A DNA stretch of 64,000 bases from Candidatus Bathyarchaeota archaeon. Lineage in GTDB: Archaea; Thermoproteota; Bathyarchaeia; Bathyarchaeales; Bathycorpusculaceae. A program made the position numbers and the translations under genes. How positions within the stretch are numbered: position 1 is the first letter of the stretch; each line of letters opens with the position of its first letter. This document shows, in pieces, positions 1 to 10,395 of the stretch. The notes under the pieces are model-generated. The model did no database searches. It had not been told where the DNA came from and was given only the letters and a program-made list of their open reading frames with translations. The stretch lies in NCBI GenBank assembly GCA_963832745.1, contig CAWHVC010000003.1, positions 96,001 through 160,000 of the forward strand, written 5' to 3'.

Positions 1-833
1 TCGCCGACAGCCAAAAAACCGTTACTGTAAGCCCTGCTGATTGGACCCGCTAAAGAGATGGCGTGGTAAGAGGTTTTGACTATTTTTGCTCCTTTAACTT
101 GCCTTTTAGCAACGGGATGTTTGGTCATTAGACGTTGCAGGTAACCTTGGGGGTTTCCGTGGTTTGTTGCTAAACCAAGTTTTGCTGACCCGTCTGGTCG
201 GGGAATAAGCCAGCCGTAAAATCCGGGGGCGCTGCTCCCCATATAAACCTCAACCGCGTGAGGTTCCACGTCGTGGACTTGGTCGAGTTCAGTTTCAACG
301 GCGTAAACCAGTCCTGACCCATTAAGCCCCCTCAAGCCTGCTTGGCGAAGAAGTCGTGAACTGATGCCTTCAGTATCAACGGTAATTTTTGAGGGAACTG
401 CTGTGCCGTCTTTGAGGTTCACGCCCTTGACCCAGCCGTTTTCAACTTGAAGCGACTGGACTGGTCGACCTAAATGAAAAGTTGCTCCAGCCTGTTCAGC
501 TTGACCAGCGATGTACTGATCAAATTTTGCCCTATCCAACACGCAGGTTACAGGAGTTTTAAGTCGGATTGAGAATTTTGTGCCTGATGGCGAATAAAAG
601 TTGGCGCCGTCAAAAACGTTTTCAACAATGCCTTTGGGCAAGGGGTAGTAGCCGAGGGATTTTAAGCTGCGTATGCTGATGTGACCTGCACAGTGAGACG
701 GCAAACCGACCTCTGAATGCTCTTCGTAAATATCCGTTTTAACGCCAAGCTTAGCTAAACAAAGCGCCGTGTAGGAACCCACTGGTCCCGCGCCGACAAC
801 CACTGCATTTGCCTGCTGACTCTTCTTTGCCAT
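1..833 (-). CDS. Geranylgeranyl reductase-family FAD-dependent oxidoreductase (3' part outside window)
   Basis: Manual translation: MAKKSQQANAVVVGAGPVGS (GxGxxG), HCAG motif, LDRAKFDQ, ending ...GFLAVGD at the window edge. Confidence 0.85.
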   Translation of the reverse strand, partial: MAKKSQQANAVVVGAGPVGSYTALCLAKLGVKTDIYEEHSEVGLPSHCAGHISIRSLKSLGYYPLPKGIVENVFDGANFYSPSGTKFSIRLKTPVTCVLDRAKFDQYIAGQAEQAGATFHLGRPVQSLQVENGWVKGVNLKDGTAVPSKITVDTEGISSRLLRQAGLRGLNGSGLVYAVETELDQVHDVEPHAVEVYMGSSAPGFYGWLIPRPDGSAKLGLATNHGNPQGYLQRLMTKHPVAKRQVKGAKIVKTSYHAISLAGPISRAYSNGFLAVG

Positions 834-885
834 CATCACTATTGCTACTGCAGGTGTCCTAAAAAAAGAATCGAAAAAAATAGTT

Positions 886-1140
886 TTAATTCTGGTTGGT
901 TACCAACAGTTTTGAGGCTGCCTCGATCGTTTCGGTTTCATTATTTGCGGCGGCTTGTCTAATGTTTTCAACCACTGGCTGAAACAGTTGCCCTACAAGT
1001 TTGCTGGTTAAATCGCTTACAACCTTTTTTTGGCGTTCATCGATTTTGCCTATTCGTCTTAATGCTTCAGCGAGTTCTTTTTGGCGGCTTCTCTCAACTC
1101 GATCAAGCAAATCAAAAACAAGTTCGTTAATGTCTTCCAC
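886..1140 (-). CDS. Small helical protein resembling the glutamyl-tRNA reductase C-terminal dimerization domain
   Basis: RQKELAEALRR...KKVVSDLTSKLVGQLFQPVVENIRQAA resembles the HemA C-terminal helices. Confidence 0.55.
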   Translation of the reverse strand: MEDINELVFDLLDRVERSRQKELAEALRRIGKIDERQKKVVSDLTSKLVGQLFQPVVENIRQAAANNETETIEAASKLLVTNQN

Positions 1141-1161
1141 CTGATTTTTCGCCTTTCAATT

Positions 1162-2130
1162 TTAGGAAAGAAAAGGGTTGGTTGCGCATACTCTTTGTGA
1201 GGGTTGCGAAACGTATTCGGTGAATCCCCATGTTTCTTCCACTTTCAAAGACAGATTCTGCAAGGCAGAAGCTAATTTTTGTCCGTCACTGGTCAAATTG
1301 TACGTTAAAGGTATTTTTCTTACGAACACGAGTTTCTTGCCTTTGAGATGTCTTATGTGCTTGTAAGTTCTTCTTTGAGATAGACCAACAGTTTTGGCAA
1401 GTTTGTCCGCTGCGATTCCTTCATCTGGGATTGCCTGGTAAACTTTCAATGCGGAAACTGTCAACTCTTCCAGCGATGGGTCTCTTTTTGACTTATGGAA
1501 AAAGATATAATTTCGTTCGGTTGGAACATTTACTAAACCTGCTGTGGCTAAACGTTTAAGGATTCGTGAAGTGATTGTTGGTGAAATGATTTGTTTGATT
1601 TCTTCGCAAGTTTTTGGTCCTGAAAGCAAGATTTGCAGAAGCGTTTCTTCATGGCACTCGGATTGAGGGGGTAGTTTTTCAGCGAATTCTTCAAAACCAT
1701 TCAGCAATTCACTTATGCGAACACCAAACGTGGTGACGTTGTACTTGCTCAGGGATTCAGTGACAAGCCCGATTGTTATGAGCGGTTGAATATATTCTTC
1801 ATTTATGGTGTATTGGCTTTGATGGCTGCCTGTTTTTTTGAGCTCTTGCTGAATTTTGGCAAGAGTACATCTGCCATTAACGATGGCCCCAAAAACGTGC
1901 AGTCTTGTCTGATTCTTTAGGACGTTGAAAAAATCTGTTGTGTAGTTTGGGTTGCTCATGGTGTTGCGGAGGTTTCTTAACTCATTTTTCAGTTTATAGA
2001 AACGACATAAACTAATGCATTGGATTGGCGTGATTGGTGTGCAGTGTTTGCACATGTCCTCAAGCGATTTCAGGTTTTCAAATGAACCTTGGTTGCTTTG
2101 GGTCTTTGGTGGTAATAAGACAGCAACCAT
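1162..2130 (-). CDS. Multi winged-helix DNA-binding protein with N-terminal Cys cluster
   Basis: CKHC-x7-C-x3-C followed by about three wHTH-like segments; ATG at 2130 follows GGAGG. Confidence 0.65.
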   Translation of the reverse strand: MVAVLLPPKTQSNQGSFENLKSLEDMCKHCTPITPIQCISLCRFYKLKNELRNLRNTMSNPNYTTDFFNVLKNQTRLHVFGAIVNGRCTLAKIQQELKKTGSHQSQYTINEEYIQPLITIGLVTESLSKYNVTTFGVRISELLNGFEEFAEKLPPQSECHEETLLQILLSGPKTCEEIKQIISPTITSRILKRLATAGLVNVPTERNYIFFHKSKRDPSLEELTVSALKVYQAIPDEGIAADKLAKTVGLSQRRTYKHIRHLKGKKLVFVRKIPLTYNLTSDGQKLASALQNLSLKVEETWGFTEYVSQPSQRVCATNPFLS

Positions 2131-2295
2131 GTTTATGCCTCCCAATTGGCTATCAAACGTTTAGCAGCCCCAACACCGTTTTTTGATAGGCTAAAACATG
2201 CCGAGAGAGAAACTAAGACTGAACCCAAGACATACATTTTTCTCATCAAACATTCCCAAAAGCACCTTCCTTTAGCTTATGTAAAAAGGGTTTTC

Positions 2296-2461
2296 GTAAA
2301 GAAATGTTGACGAAGCCTTAGTCAAGGTTTCTTTACTAACTTTTTACTTCAAAAATTAAGCTGACCTCTATAAACTGCATCTAAAAACTTTAAACCAGAT
2401 TAATTAGTTATCCACTTTTAGTCAAGAAATCTTGACCGATGTTTAGTATAGAATTGTTGAC
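2296..2461. promoter_or_regulatory. Four copies of a 16-bp palindromic operator-like motif (GTCAAG-N4-CTTGAC consensus)
   Basis: GTAAAGAAATGTTGAC 2296, GTCAAGGTTTCTTTAC 2321, GTCAAGAAATCTTGAC 2421, GTATAGAATTGTTGAC 2446, in a divergent intergenic region. Confidence 0.55.
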
Positions 2462-2509
2462 AAAAACTTCTTTAAGGAATCGGTTACCGCTACAGGTAAT
2501 TGATAAAGA

Positions 2510-3157
2510 ATGAAAAGAGTAGTTACATTGATGGTTGCATTATCGCTACTGCTTTTTCCATTGCTTGCAGAAGCGCAACCACAACCACCCGACGTTCCCA
2601 CTTTAGGACCAGCACTAATTATGTCTGCAGGAGATGGTTTTACAAACGTTACAGTTTATTCTCCTCAAAACCAATCTTACCAAGAAAAACCAATAGAGTT
2701 AACTTTTTCAGTAGATGCTGTTGGAATGTTTGGACAGTTTGGAAACGTCGGTTACCAAATAGACCAAGGAACAATACGTAGCGTAACCAGTTTCGTCAAC
2801 AAAACAATAGGTAATGAAAGCATGCCTAACTGGTACTATAGTCGTACAACTATTTTTGCAACAATAGAATTAACTGACCTTTCGTTGGGACCGCATAACG
2901 TTACGGTTTATTATGGCTGGCAATATTTGGGAATCCCTGAGAATCCAAGCTTAGAAAGGTTTGAAGTCTACGCGTATGATTCTGTAGAGTTTACAATTGC
3001 TGATTCCAACCTTTCGGTAACTGATTATAACACGCCATCTTCAACAGTTACCCCTATGCCGACGCCTACCGTTGCAGAGCATTCAATAGCAACCATCACA
3101 TTACTGGCAGCATTAACAGTTCCAGCTATTTTAATTCTAAAAAGAAAAAGAAACTAG
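2510..3157 (+). CDS. Secreted/cell-surface protein with C-terminal membrane anchor
   Basis: Signal peptide, Pro/Thr linker, VAEH (PEF-CTERM-like), TM helix, KRKRN tail. Confidence 0.75.
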   Translation: MKRVVTLMVALSLLLFPLLAEAQPQPPDVPTLGPALIMSAGDGFTNVTVYSPQNQSYQEKPIELTFSVDAVGMFGQFGNVGYQIDQGTIRSVTSFVNKTIGNESMPNWYYSRTTIFATIELTDLSLGPHNVTVYYGWQYLGIPENPSLERFEVYAYDSVEFTIADSNLSVTDYNTPSSTVTPMPTPTVAEHSIATITLLAALTVPAILILKRKRN

Positions 3158-3160
3158 CAA

Positions 3161-3355
3161 TTACCCTATTACTTGTACTCTGCCAACTTTGCCGTCTGTT
3201 AATCTGACTTTAATTCCATGTGGGTGCGTTGGGCTACTAGTGAGGATTTCTTTGACAATGCCCTCGGTTAAGGTGCCAGTTCGTTGGTGCTGTTTTAAAA
3301 CGATTTTCACGTGGCCGCCTAGCTTAATTTGTTGTCTTTGCTGGTTAGGTTGCAT
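3161..3355 (-). CDS. YwbE/DUF2196-family protein
   Basis: IVLKQHQRTG-LTEG-V-EILT-S-HPHGIKVRL-DG-VGRV signature. Confidence 0.85.
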   Translation of the reverse strand: MQPNQQRQQIKLGGHVKIVLKQHQRTGTLTEGIVKEILTSSPTHPHGIKVRLTDGKVGRVQVIG

Positions 3356-3427
3356 TTTTAGGTATAGGAACTACGCGGCTTATAGCACATTCGCACTATC
3401 ATTCAAAATCCGGGAGCTGGTTCACAC

Positions 3428-3477
3428 CAACCTATTTGCCTAATAGAGGTTCTATGCAAAAACCTAAGAGGGGTAGG
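3428..3477 (+). repeat. Dispersed ~55-bp palindromic intergenic repeat, intact copy
   Basis: CAACCTATTTGCCTAATAGAGGTTCTATGCAAAAACCTAAGAGGGGTAGG; matches 63093-63148 and the split copy at 39098/51680. Confidence 0.9.
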
Positions 3478-3587
3478 ATCATAATGATGCTTTTTGAAAA
3501 TTTTTGTTCCCCAACCAAACGTACCGTAAATATTTCGGTCAAAATAGAAATAAAACCTTACAAAAAGGGTTAAAGAAAGAACGGAAA

Positions 3588-3818
3588 TTATTGAACTAGT
3601 TCAATGCGCCGTTTTCCGCGTGACATGCCGGAGGTGCGGATTTTACCGCTGACTTCCAAGCCAAGCAGAATTTCGTTGAAGTCTTTGAATCCTAAATCTT
3701 CGAATTCGCTACGCATTTGACTGAACAGTTCGTCATCGGTCAGGTCGCCTTTTTTGCCCAAAATCTCCAAGAGGACATAATGGACAGGGCGGGTTTTCCA
3801 AATTTTAATTTGTGGCAT
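3588..3818 (-). CDS. Small winged-helix protein downstream of cdc48
   Basis: 76 aa, wHTH pattern (LTDDELFSQM...FNEILLGLEVSGKI). Confidence 0.7.
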   Translation of the reverse strand: MPQIKIWKTRPVHYVLLEILGKKGDLTDDELFSQMRSEFEDLGFKDFNEILLGLEVSGKIRTSGMSRGKRRIELVQ

Positions 3819-3833
3819 AGGTATCAGCTTCTC

Positions 3834-6020
3834 TTATGTTACTGGTGTTGCTGGCTTTTGTACTTGACGGATTGCCTGCATGAAGCTCTTGTACCATTTC
3901 TCCATGTCAGGTGTAATTGATGGACCCATTTCTTTCATTGCGTCTTGGAAGTCTTTCATTGTGACTTTTTGAGCGTTAACGTCCCGACGAAGGGCATGCA
4001 TTGCTGCTTCACGGCATAAAGATTCGATATCGGCACCACTGTAATATTTTGTGACTGCTGCAAGCGGGGTAACATCAACGTCTTGGTCAAGAGGCATATT
4101 CTTAGTGTAAATCTTAAAGATTTGAATTCTGCTCTTCTCATCTGGTTCTGGAACGTATATTAAGCGGTCAAATCTGCCTGGACGTATTACTGCTGAATCA
4201 ACCATGTCGGGTCTGTTGGTGGCTGCTATGACTACGATGTCTTGAAGCGTGTTTATGCCGTCCATTTCAGTGAGCAGTTGACTGATTACGCGTTCGGAAA
4301 CGCCGCTGTCTGACATGCCCATTCCACGTCTAGGTGTTAATGAGTCGATTTCGTCAAGGAACACGACTGCGGGTGCTGCCATGCGGGCTTTGCGGAAGAC
4401 TTCACGGATGGCTTTTTCTGATTCGCCAACCCATTTGCTGAAGACTTCGGGGCCTTTGATTGAGATGAAGTTGGCTTCGCTTTCGGTTGCAACGGCTCTG
4501 GCGAGCAGCGTTTTGCCGCAGCCAGGAGGACCGTACATGAGTATACCTTTTGGTGCACGTATGCCTAAACGTGTGAACATTTCTGGGTTTTTGATTGGCC
4601 ACTCAACAGCTTCTATTAGGTGCTGTTTAACATCATCTAAGCCGCCGGCATCGTCCCAGTGAACGGTTGAGACTTCAATGTATACTTCACGCATAGCTGT
4701 TGGTGTGACTTCTTTGTACGCGCCGAGGAAATCGTCCATTTTGACTTCCATCTTTTCCAGCACTGAGGGGGGTATGCGTTCTTCTTCAAGGTTAATCTGA
4801 GGCAAGTATCTACGGAGTGCTTTCATGGCGGTTTCTCTGCCAAGTGATGAGAGGTCAGCACCTGTGTAACCGTGAGTCATAGCTGAGAGCTTGTTTAAGT
4901 CAACATCTTCAGCAAGAGGCATACCACGTGTGTGGATTTGGAGGACTTCATGTCTTCCTGCTTTGTCAGGGACGCTGATTTCGATTTCTCTATCAAACCG
5001 GCCAGGTCTGCGTAGGGCTGGGTCAAGTGCGCCGGGACGGTTGGTTGCACCGATTACGATTACGTTACCTCTGCCGCCAAGACCATCCATGAGGGCAAGC
5101 AGTTGTGCGACGACGCGACGTTCGACTTCACCGGTTACTTCTTCACGTTTGGGCGCAAGACTGTCTAGTTCATCAATAAATATGATGCTTGGAGCGTTCT
5201 GTTGTGCTTGCTGGAATATTTCGCGTAAGCGTGCTTCTGATTCGCCGTAGAATTTGCTCATGATTTCTGGGCCGTTGATGCTGTAGAAGTTGGCTTCTGA
5301 CTCGTTTGCGACGGCTCGTGCAAGCAGGGTTTTACCGCAGCCAGGAGGACCGTGTAGCAGAACGCCTTTTGGTGGTTCAATTCCGAGGCGTTGGAAAAGT
5401 TCTGGGTGACGAAGTGGTAACTCTACCATTTCGCGGACACGTTGAATTTCTTCGTGTAAACCGCCTATGTCTTCGTAAGTGGTACGTGGTAAACCTTTGC
5501 CTTCGGGGGCTGGTTCGTTAAGAATTGTAAGGCGGGTTTCCGCTGTAACTTTGATGATCCCGTGTGGACGAGTTTTGGAAACAGTGAATGGGATAGCGTG
5601 ACCCAGCATCATGACAAGGGTTGTGTCGCCTTCAACTAGGGTACGTTCCATTAAACGGTTTTTAACAAAATTGGTAAAATCTTCGTCCACGTTGAGACGC
5701 ATGTCAACTGGCGCCAATGTTAAGCTTAACGCGGTTTTTACTTTGGCGGGTTTTACAACTACGTACTCGTTTATGGCTACGCCACTGTTTTTGCGTGTGA
5801 ACCCGTCGATTCTGATGATGTCGCGGTTTTGGTCTTCGCTGTATGCGGGCCAAGCAATCGCGCTTGTTGTCCTTTTGTTAACAATTTCGATAACGTCTCC
5901 AGCGCTTATGCCAAGTTTCTGCATTGTCCGCTGGTCAATACGGGCGATACCTCTGCCCACGTCTCTTTGTCTTGCATCTCCAACACGTAATTGAACTTCG
6001 CTCACGTTAGAACTCTCCAT
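3834..6020 (-). CDS. cdc48: CDC48/VCP (VAT) AAA+ ATPase
   Basis: N-domain plus two AAA modules with GPPGCGKT Walker A, Walker B and RPGRFDR. Confidence 0.97.
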   Translation of the reverse strand: MESSNVSEVQLRVGDARQRDVGRGIARIDQRTMQKLGISAGDVIEIVNKRTTSAIAWPAYSEDQNRDIIRIDGFTRKNSGVAINEYVVVKPAKVKTALSLTLAPVDMRLNVDEDFTNFVKNRLMERTLVEGDTTLVMMLGHAIPFTVSKTRPHGIIKVTAETRLTILNEPAPEGKGLPRTTYEDIGGLHEEIQRVREMVELPLRHPELFQRLGIEPPKGVLLHGPPGCGKTLLARAVANESEANFYSINGPEIMSKFYGESEARLREIFQQAQQNAPSIIFIDELDSLAPKREEVTGEVERRVVAQLLALMDGLGGRGNVIVIGATNRPGALDPALRRPGRFDREIEISVPDKAGRHEVLQIHTRGMPLAEDVDLNKLSAMTHGYTGADLSSLGRETAMKALRRYLPQINLEEERIPPSVLEKMEVKMDDFLGAYKEVTPTAMREVYIEVSTVHWDDAGGLDDVKQHLIEAVEWPIKNPEMFTRLGIRAPKGILMYGPPGCGKTLLARAVATESEANFISIKGPEVFSKWVGESEKAIREVFRKARMAAPAVVFLDEIDSLTPRRGMGMSDSGVSERVISQLLTEMDGINTLQDIVVIAATNRPDMVDSAVIRPGRFDRLIYVPEPDEKSRIQIFKIYTKNMPLDQDVDVTPLAAVTKYYSGADIESLCREAAMHALRRDVNAQKVTMKDFQDAMKEMGPSITPDMEKWYKSFMQAIRQVQKPATPVT

Positions 6021-6297
6021 AATTAACAAGTCGTATAAGCTTGTTGAAAAGAACATTTCGTCCCTATATAAACTTTAAAGCGTAACAGTTCAGACTCTCA
6101 GGCGATAAAAAACGACAAAACAGCGTGTATCTGTTTTGGTTTTTTGATGGCAAGCGGCAGTTTCTTTTGGGCTGCTGAGTGGCTACTCCAGATTTAAGCA
6201 AGATTTTTACCTGTTTTTCAGTTGAAAAGGGATAGTCTCTGCCTGCCGGTGCAAAATACTGATTAATATTCAATATCATGTTTTGAGCCAATAGGAA

Positions 6298-6348
6298 CTA
6301 CCCCTCTTAGGGATTTTTGTTGTCGTCCCAGCAGGAATCTAACAGGAT
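6298..6348 (-). repeat. Degenerate copy of the dispersed repeat
   Basis: Reverse complement ends in CCTAAGAGGGGTAG and begins with ATCCTGTTAG; centre diverged. Confidence 0.6.
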
Positions 6349-6358
6349 GTTTTAACCT

Positions 6359-6412
6359 GACCTACCTCTATAGGTTTCTGCAATGAGTTTCTATTAGGAT
6401 CCAAATAGGTTT
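6359..6412 (-). repeat. Dispersed repeat, inverted divergent copy
   Basis: Reverse complement AAACCTATTTGGATCCTAATAGAAACTCATTGCAGAAACCTATAGAGGTAGGTC. Confidence 0.8.
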
Positions 6413-6413
6413 G

Positions 6414-6965
6414 TTAAGAAGTTGAAGGTTTAGTTATCCAATCCGCAAGAGTAACCTTATTCGTGTTATCCTGCTTCTCCACCTGCACTATACCCCTCTC
6501 CGAAAGTCTTGCAACAACACGGTGAACCTTGACTCTTGAAAGGTTTGTTTTCCAACGAATTTCTTTCTGCAACATGCTGCCCTCTTTGGTTGAAGAAAGC
6601 GTTTCAACCACTTTACGTTCGTCCATATTTAACACTTTAAGAACTGCATCTAAAGTTTGCTTGTTTTGAGGCGGCGGCATAGGGACTTTTTGGGAGGCTT
6701 CAATTGGAGCTTTGGCTTGCTTGATTGGTGGAAACGCTATCATGTAAACAAATACTGCCAACGCAGCAATGAGGGGCACCACAAAAACGAGCAGCCACAC
6801 AACACTTGTGCTTGTCAGTGCCATGTTGGATGTTTGTCCCATGTGACCTCTACTGCTTGTGTCATCAAAAAGTGTTGTAGAAAAAAGCACCAAACCAATA
6901 ATGCTTACAGACAACAAGGCGACTGCAAGAGCGAATAGGGGTTTCTGCATCAAGTTTACCTGCAA
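6414..6965 (-). CDS. Membrane-anchored winged-helix regulator
   Basis: Two TM helices plus C-terminal wHTH (LQKEIRWKTNLSRVKVHRVVARLSERGIV). Confidence 0.8.
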   Translation of the reverse strand: MQVNLMQKPLFALAVALLSVSIIGLVLFSTTLFDDTSSRGHMGQTSNMALTSTSVVWLLVFVVPLIAALAVFVYMIAFPPIKQAKAPIEASQKVPMPPPQNKQTLDAVLKVLNMDERKVVETLSSTKEGSMLQKEIRWKTNLSRVKVHRVVARLSERGIVQVEKQDNTNKVTLADWITKPSTS

Positions 6966-7085
6966 ATATACGGTTCAGATGTCTATTAAGATGTTTCACT
7001 TTTTGAAACGTTTCGTTTCAGCCAACATCTAAACCGATTGGTCAACATAGAGTTTTTCAGCGGAAAAAATTGGAGGTGAAAAAGA

Positions 7086-7484
7086 TTGAACAAGAAAGCA
7101 ATCCTCGTTGTTAGCATGATACTGGGGATAGCTGTGTTTATCCCATTAGTTGCTGCTTCACCTTTAATCCAGAACGGCGACACTCTGCAAACACAGGACC
7201 AAACTCAACTGCAAATAAGAGATTGTGACGGCTCATGCATACAGGACGGCACTCAGGCAGATTGCCAGCAAAATCAAACCTGCACCCAAGACAGACAACG
7301 CCTACAATCATGTGACGGCAACAATACCTGCATTGGCGCAGGAACCTGCGACGGAACACAAACCCAAACACGCCAACGCTTAGGTCAACAAGAAGAGTGC
7401 AGACAAGCAGGCGTATCGGACGGTCAACAATACTGCTACAGCAACCAACAACAATATCAGCACAAAAACTGCCAAACACCATAA
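7086..7484 (+). CDS. Secreted Gln/Cys-rich repeat protein
   Basis: Signal peptide, repeats such as QTQDQTQLQIRDCDG / TQDRQRLQSCDG; GGAGGTGA SD. Confidence 0.7.
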   Translation: MNKKAILVVSMILGIAVFIPLVAASPLIQNGDTLQTQDQTQLQIRDCDGSCIQDGTQADCQQNQTCTQDRQRLQSCDGNNTCIGAGTCDGTQTQTRQRLGQQEECRQAGVSDGQQYCYSNQQQYQHKNCQTP

Positions 7485-7595
7485 ACTCGGCAGTTAACAA
7501 TTATAGTCTCCTTTTCCCTTTTTGAAATAAAAATTAGCAGTTAATGGCTCGTTTTGGGTTTATTCAAAGATAAAGATGTAAATTAAGGAAAACAA

Positions 7596-10037
7596 ATGTT
7601 TTCATTGATTAGCTTGGCAGAAAAAAGTGAGGAGTCTCAAGGTTCAACGCAGGAAGCATTTGACCCTAAAATTTTAGACACTGGACTCAACCAAGCAGAA
7701 GTCGAACAGAAAAGAAAACAGTTTGGCTACAACGAGGTTCCAGAAGAAAAGTCGAACCCTTGGCTTCAGTTTGCCAAAAAGTTTTGGGGACTCACAGCTT
7801 GGCTGCTGGAAATAATTATTATTCTTTCACTTTTTCTACAGCGTTATACTGACGTTTACATTATTTTGGGCTTGCTAATTTTGAACGCTATCTTGGGTTT
7901 TGAAGAAGAACTTCGAGCCTCAAAAGCCGTTGATACTTTGAAAGAGAAACTCCGCGTTAACGCCCGCGTCTTACGAGAAGGCATATGGAAAGTTTTGGCT
8001 GCCAGAGAAATTGTTCCAGGGGACGTGGTGAGGATTAGACCAGGAGATTTTGTTCCTGCCGACTTGAAAACGGTAACAGGCCATCTTGAAGTTGACCAGT
8101 CGGCTTTAACGGGTGAATCGTTTGCTGTTGAAAAGAATCCAGGGGACATTTTGTATTCTGGTTCGGTTGTGAAACATGGGGAATCAAACGGCATTGTTGT
8201 TTCGACAGGAACCAAGACATATTTTGGTCGTACAGCGCAGCTTGTTCAGTTGGCTAAGCCTAAACTGCACATTGAAGAAGTCGTAGCAAGCGTGGTTCGT
8301 TGGCTGCTAGTAATTGTTTCTGTTTTAGCTATTGTAGCGCTTGTTTTCTCCGTGATTAGAGGATTTGACATAATTGACACGTTGCCGATTCTTCTAGTTA
8401 TTTTGTTGTCTGCAATTCCAGTGGCATTGCCTGCCATGTTCACTGTTAGCATGGCGCTTGGAGCAATGGAATTATCCAGAAAAGGCGTGCTAATAACCCG
8501 TTTAAGCGCTGCTGAAGACGCCGCAACCATGAATGTGCTCTGCGTTGACAAAACTGGAACAATAACAATGAACAAACTCTCAATCATCAAAACCTTGCCG
8601 CACAACGGATTCAGCGAACAGGACGTGGCGTTTTATGGAGCGTTGGCGTCTCAGGAAGCAAACCAAGACCCTATTGACATAGCCTTTATTGAGATGGCTA
8701 AACGTGAAGCGTTGCCGATTGAAGCATTTAGGCAGACAAGTTTTGTTCCGTTTGACCCCAAGACCCGACGAACAGAAGCTACGGTTCAGAAAAATGGTGA
8801 AACATTCAGGGTTATGAAGGGTGCAGTTAGGGTTATCGCTGAAGCCTGCGGATTGGGTGAGGATGAAGAGAGGCAGCTTGAAGAGCAAACGCAAGAGTAT
8901 GCTTTGAAGGGTTACAGAACCTTAGCAGTAGCAAGAACCAACGGCGATGGGCAACCGAAGCTTGTTGGGTTAGCAATGCTTTACGACATGCCACGTCTAG
9001 ACTCAAAACAATTAATACAGGAATTAAACCAACTGGGAATTTCAGTTAAAATGCTTACTGGCGATGCTCTGCCAATCGCGAAAGAAACTGCGAAAAACGT
9101 TGGGTTAGGCGAACGAATCACTTTGGTTTCCAGTTTGAAGGCAGACATCAAAAAGGATGCCTTGTTGGCTGAAGAGGAAGCAGAACAAAGTGATGGTTTC
9201 GCGGAAGTGTATCCTGAAGACAAGTACACTATCGTTAAAAGCTTGCAGGTTAGCAAGCACATTGTTGGGATGACGGGTGATGGCGTGAATGATGCGCCAG
9301 CATTAAGGCAATCTGAAGTCGGCATTGCAGTAAGCAACGCTACTGATGTGGCGAAAGGCGCGGCAAGCGTAGTGTTGGTTAACGAGGGCTTAACCAGCAT
9401 TGTGGACTTGGTTAAGAATGGCAGGGTTATTTACGAACGGATAGTAGCGTGGATTTTAAGCAAAATCATCAGAACACTTCAGGTTTCCGTTTTTACAGTG
9501 CTAACCTTCCTGTTAACTGGAAGCTATGTGATTTCAGCCTTTGAGGTTATTTTGTACTTTTTCTTAACTGACTTTGTAAAAATTGCCTTGTCTACTGATA
9601 AGCTTCAAGGCTCCGACAAACCAGACACATGGAAGTTACTGGGGGCAATCAAAGCGTCAGCGATTCTGGGTACACTTATAATTGCTGAATCAGTTGCACT
9701 GTTATATGTGACACTTAACATTTTCAATGTATCAATCAGTGACCCAGCGCTTTACACTTACACTTTTGAGATACTTTTCTATTCAGCATCGTTCCTAAAC
9801 TTTAACGTTCGTGAAAGAAGACTCTTTTACAAATCCAGACCCAGCACAATCCTTTTGCTTTCAAACATCGTAAGCTTAATCGTTGGTACAATACTGGTTA
9901 CCGTTGGAATCCCCGGCCTTTCAGCTGTACCCTTCACTGGAACATTAGTGATGCTTGGACTTTCAGCTCTATTCGCGTTTGTAGTTAACGATTTAGTAAA
10001 AGTCTTCATAGTACAGAAAATCGGAATCAAATGGTAA
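7596..10037 (+). CDS. P-type ATPase, plasma-membrane proton-efflux (P3A) type
   Basis: TGES, DKTGT, GMTGDGVNDAPAL, IPVALP motifs. Confidence 0.92.
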   Translation: MFSLISLAEKSEESQGSTQEAFDPKILDTGLNQAEVEQKRKQFGYNEVPEEKSNPWLQFAKKFWGLTAWLLEIIIILSLFLQRYTDVYIILGLLILNAILGFEEELRASKAVDTLKEKLRVNARVLREGIWKVLAAREIVPGDVVRIRPGDFVPADLKTVTGHLEVDQSALTGESFAVEKNPGDILYSGSVVKHGESNGIVVSTGTKTYFGRTAQLVQLAKPKLHIEEVVASVVRWLLVIVSVLAIVALVFSVIRGFDIIDTLPILLVILLSAIPVALPAMFTVSMALGAMELSRKGVLITRLSAAEDAATMNVLCVDKTGTITMNKLSIIKTLPHNGFSEQDVAFYGALASQEANQDPIDIAFIEMAKREALPIEAFRQTSFVPFDPKTRRTEATVQKNGETFRVMKGAVRVIAEACGLGEDEERQLEEQTQEYALKGYRTLAVARTNGDGQPKLVGLAMLYDMPRLDSKQLIQELNQLGISVKMLTGDALPIAKETAKNVGLGERITLVSSLKADIKKDALLAEEEAEQSDGFAEVYPEDKYTIVKSLQVSKHIVGMTGDGVNDAPALRQSEVGIAVSNATDVAKGAASVVLVNEGLTSIVDLVKNGRVIYERIVAWILSKIIRTLQVSVFTVLTFLLTGSYVISAFEVILYFFLTDFVKIALSTDKLQGSDKPDTWKLLGAIKASAILGTLIIAESVALLYVTLNIFNVSISDPALYTYTFEILFYSASFLNFNVRERRLFYKSRPSTILLLSNIVSLIVGTILVTVGIPGLSAVPFTGTLVMLGLSALFAFVVNDLVKVFIVQKIGIKW

Positions 10038-10107
10038 AACCATTGTCCACATTTTTTGGGGATAACAGTTAAAGCCACAATCACGCCTATACCCACGGGG
10101 GCAAAAA

Positions 10108-10395
10108 GTGCAGGTTTCAATCCGCTACTTCACATCACTACGAGAATTAACAGGCAAAAAAGAAGAAAAACTATCCTTTCCAGAAGACCAAATAACTGTC
10201 GATTTAGCATTGAAAACTTTATCTAAGAAATATGGCAAAAATTTTGACGATTACATTTACAACAAAAATGGCCAGACGAAGAGTTTTTTGCAGTTTCTCA
10301 TTAACGGAAACAACGTGTCCACACTTGAGAGACTTGAGTCGACTCTTCGAGACGGGGATGTTTTGGCGATTTTGCCTCCGATCGGCGGCGGCTAA
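10108..10395 (+). CDS. MoaD/SAMP ubiquitin-like sulfur carrier
   Basis: Beta-grasp pattern, C-terminal ILPPIGGG. Confidence 0.9.
   Translation: MQVSIRYFTSLRELTGKKEEKLSFPEDQITVDLALKTLSKKYGKNFDDYIYNKNGQTKSFLQFLINGNNVSTLERLESTLRDGDVLAILPPIGGG

Noticed and set aside
3956-5994. Many overlapping or antisense ORFs inside cdc48 and other long genes
   Set aside because: Shadow ORFs of well-supported genes, with no motifs
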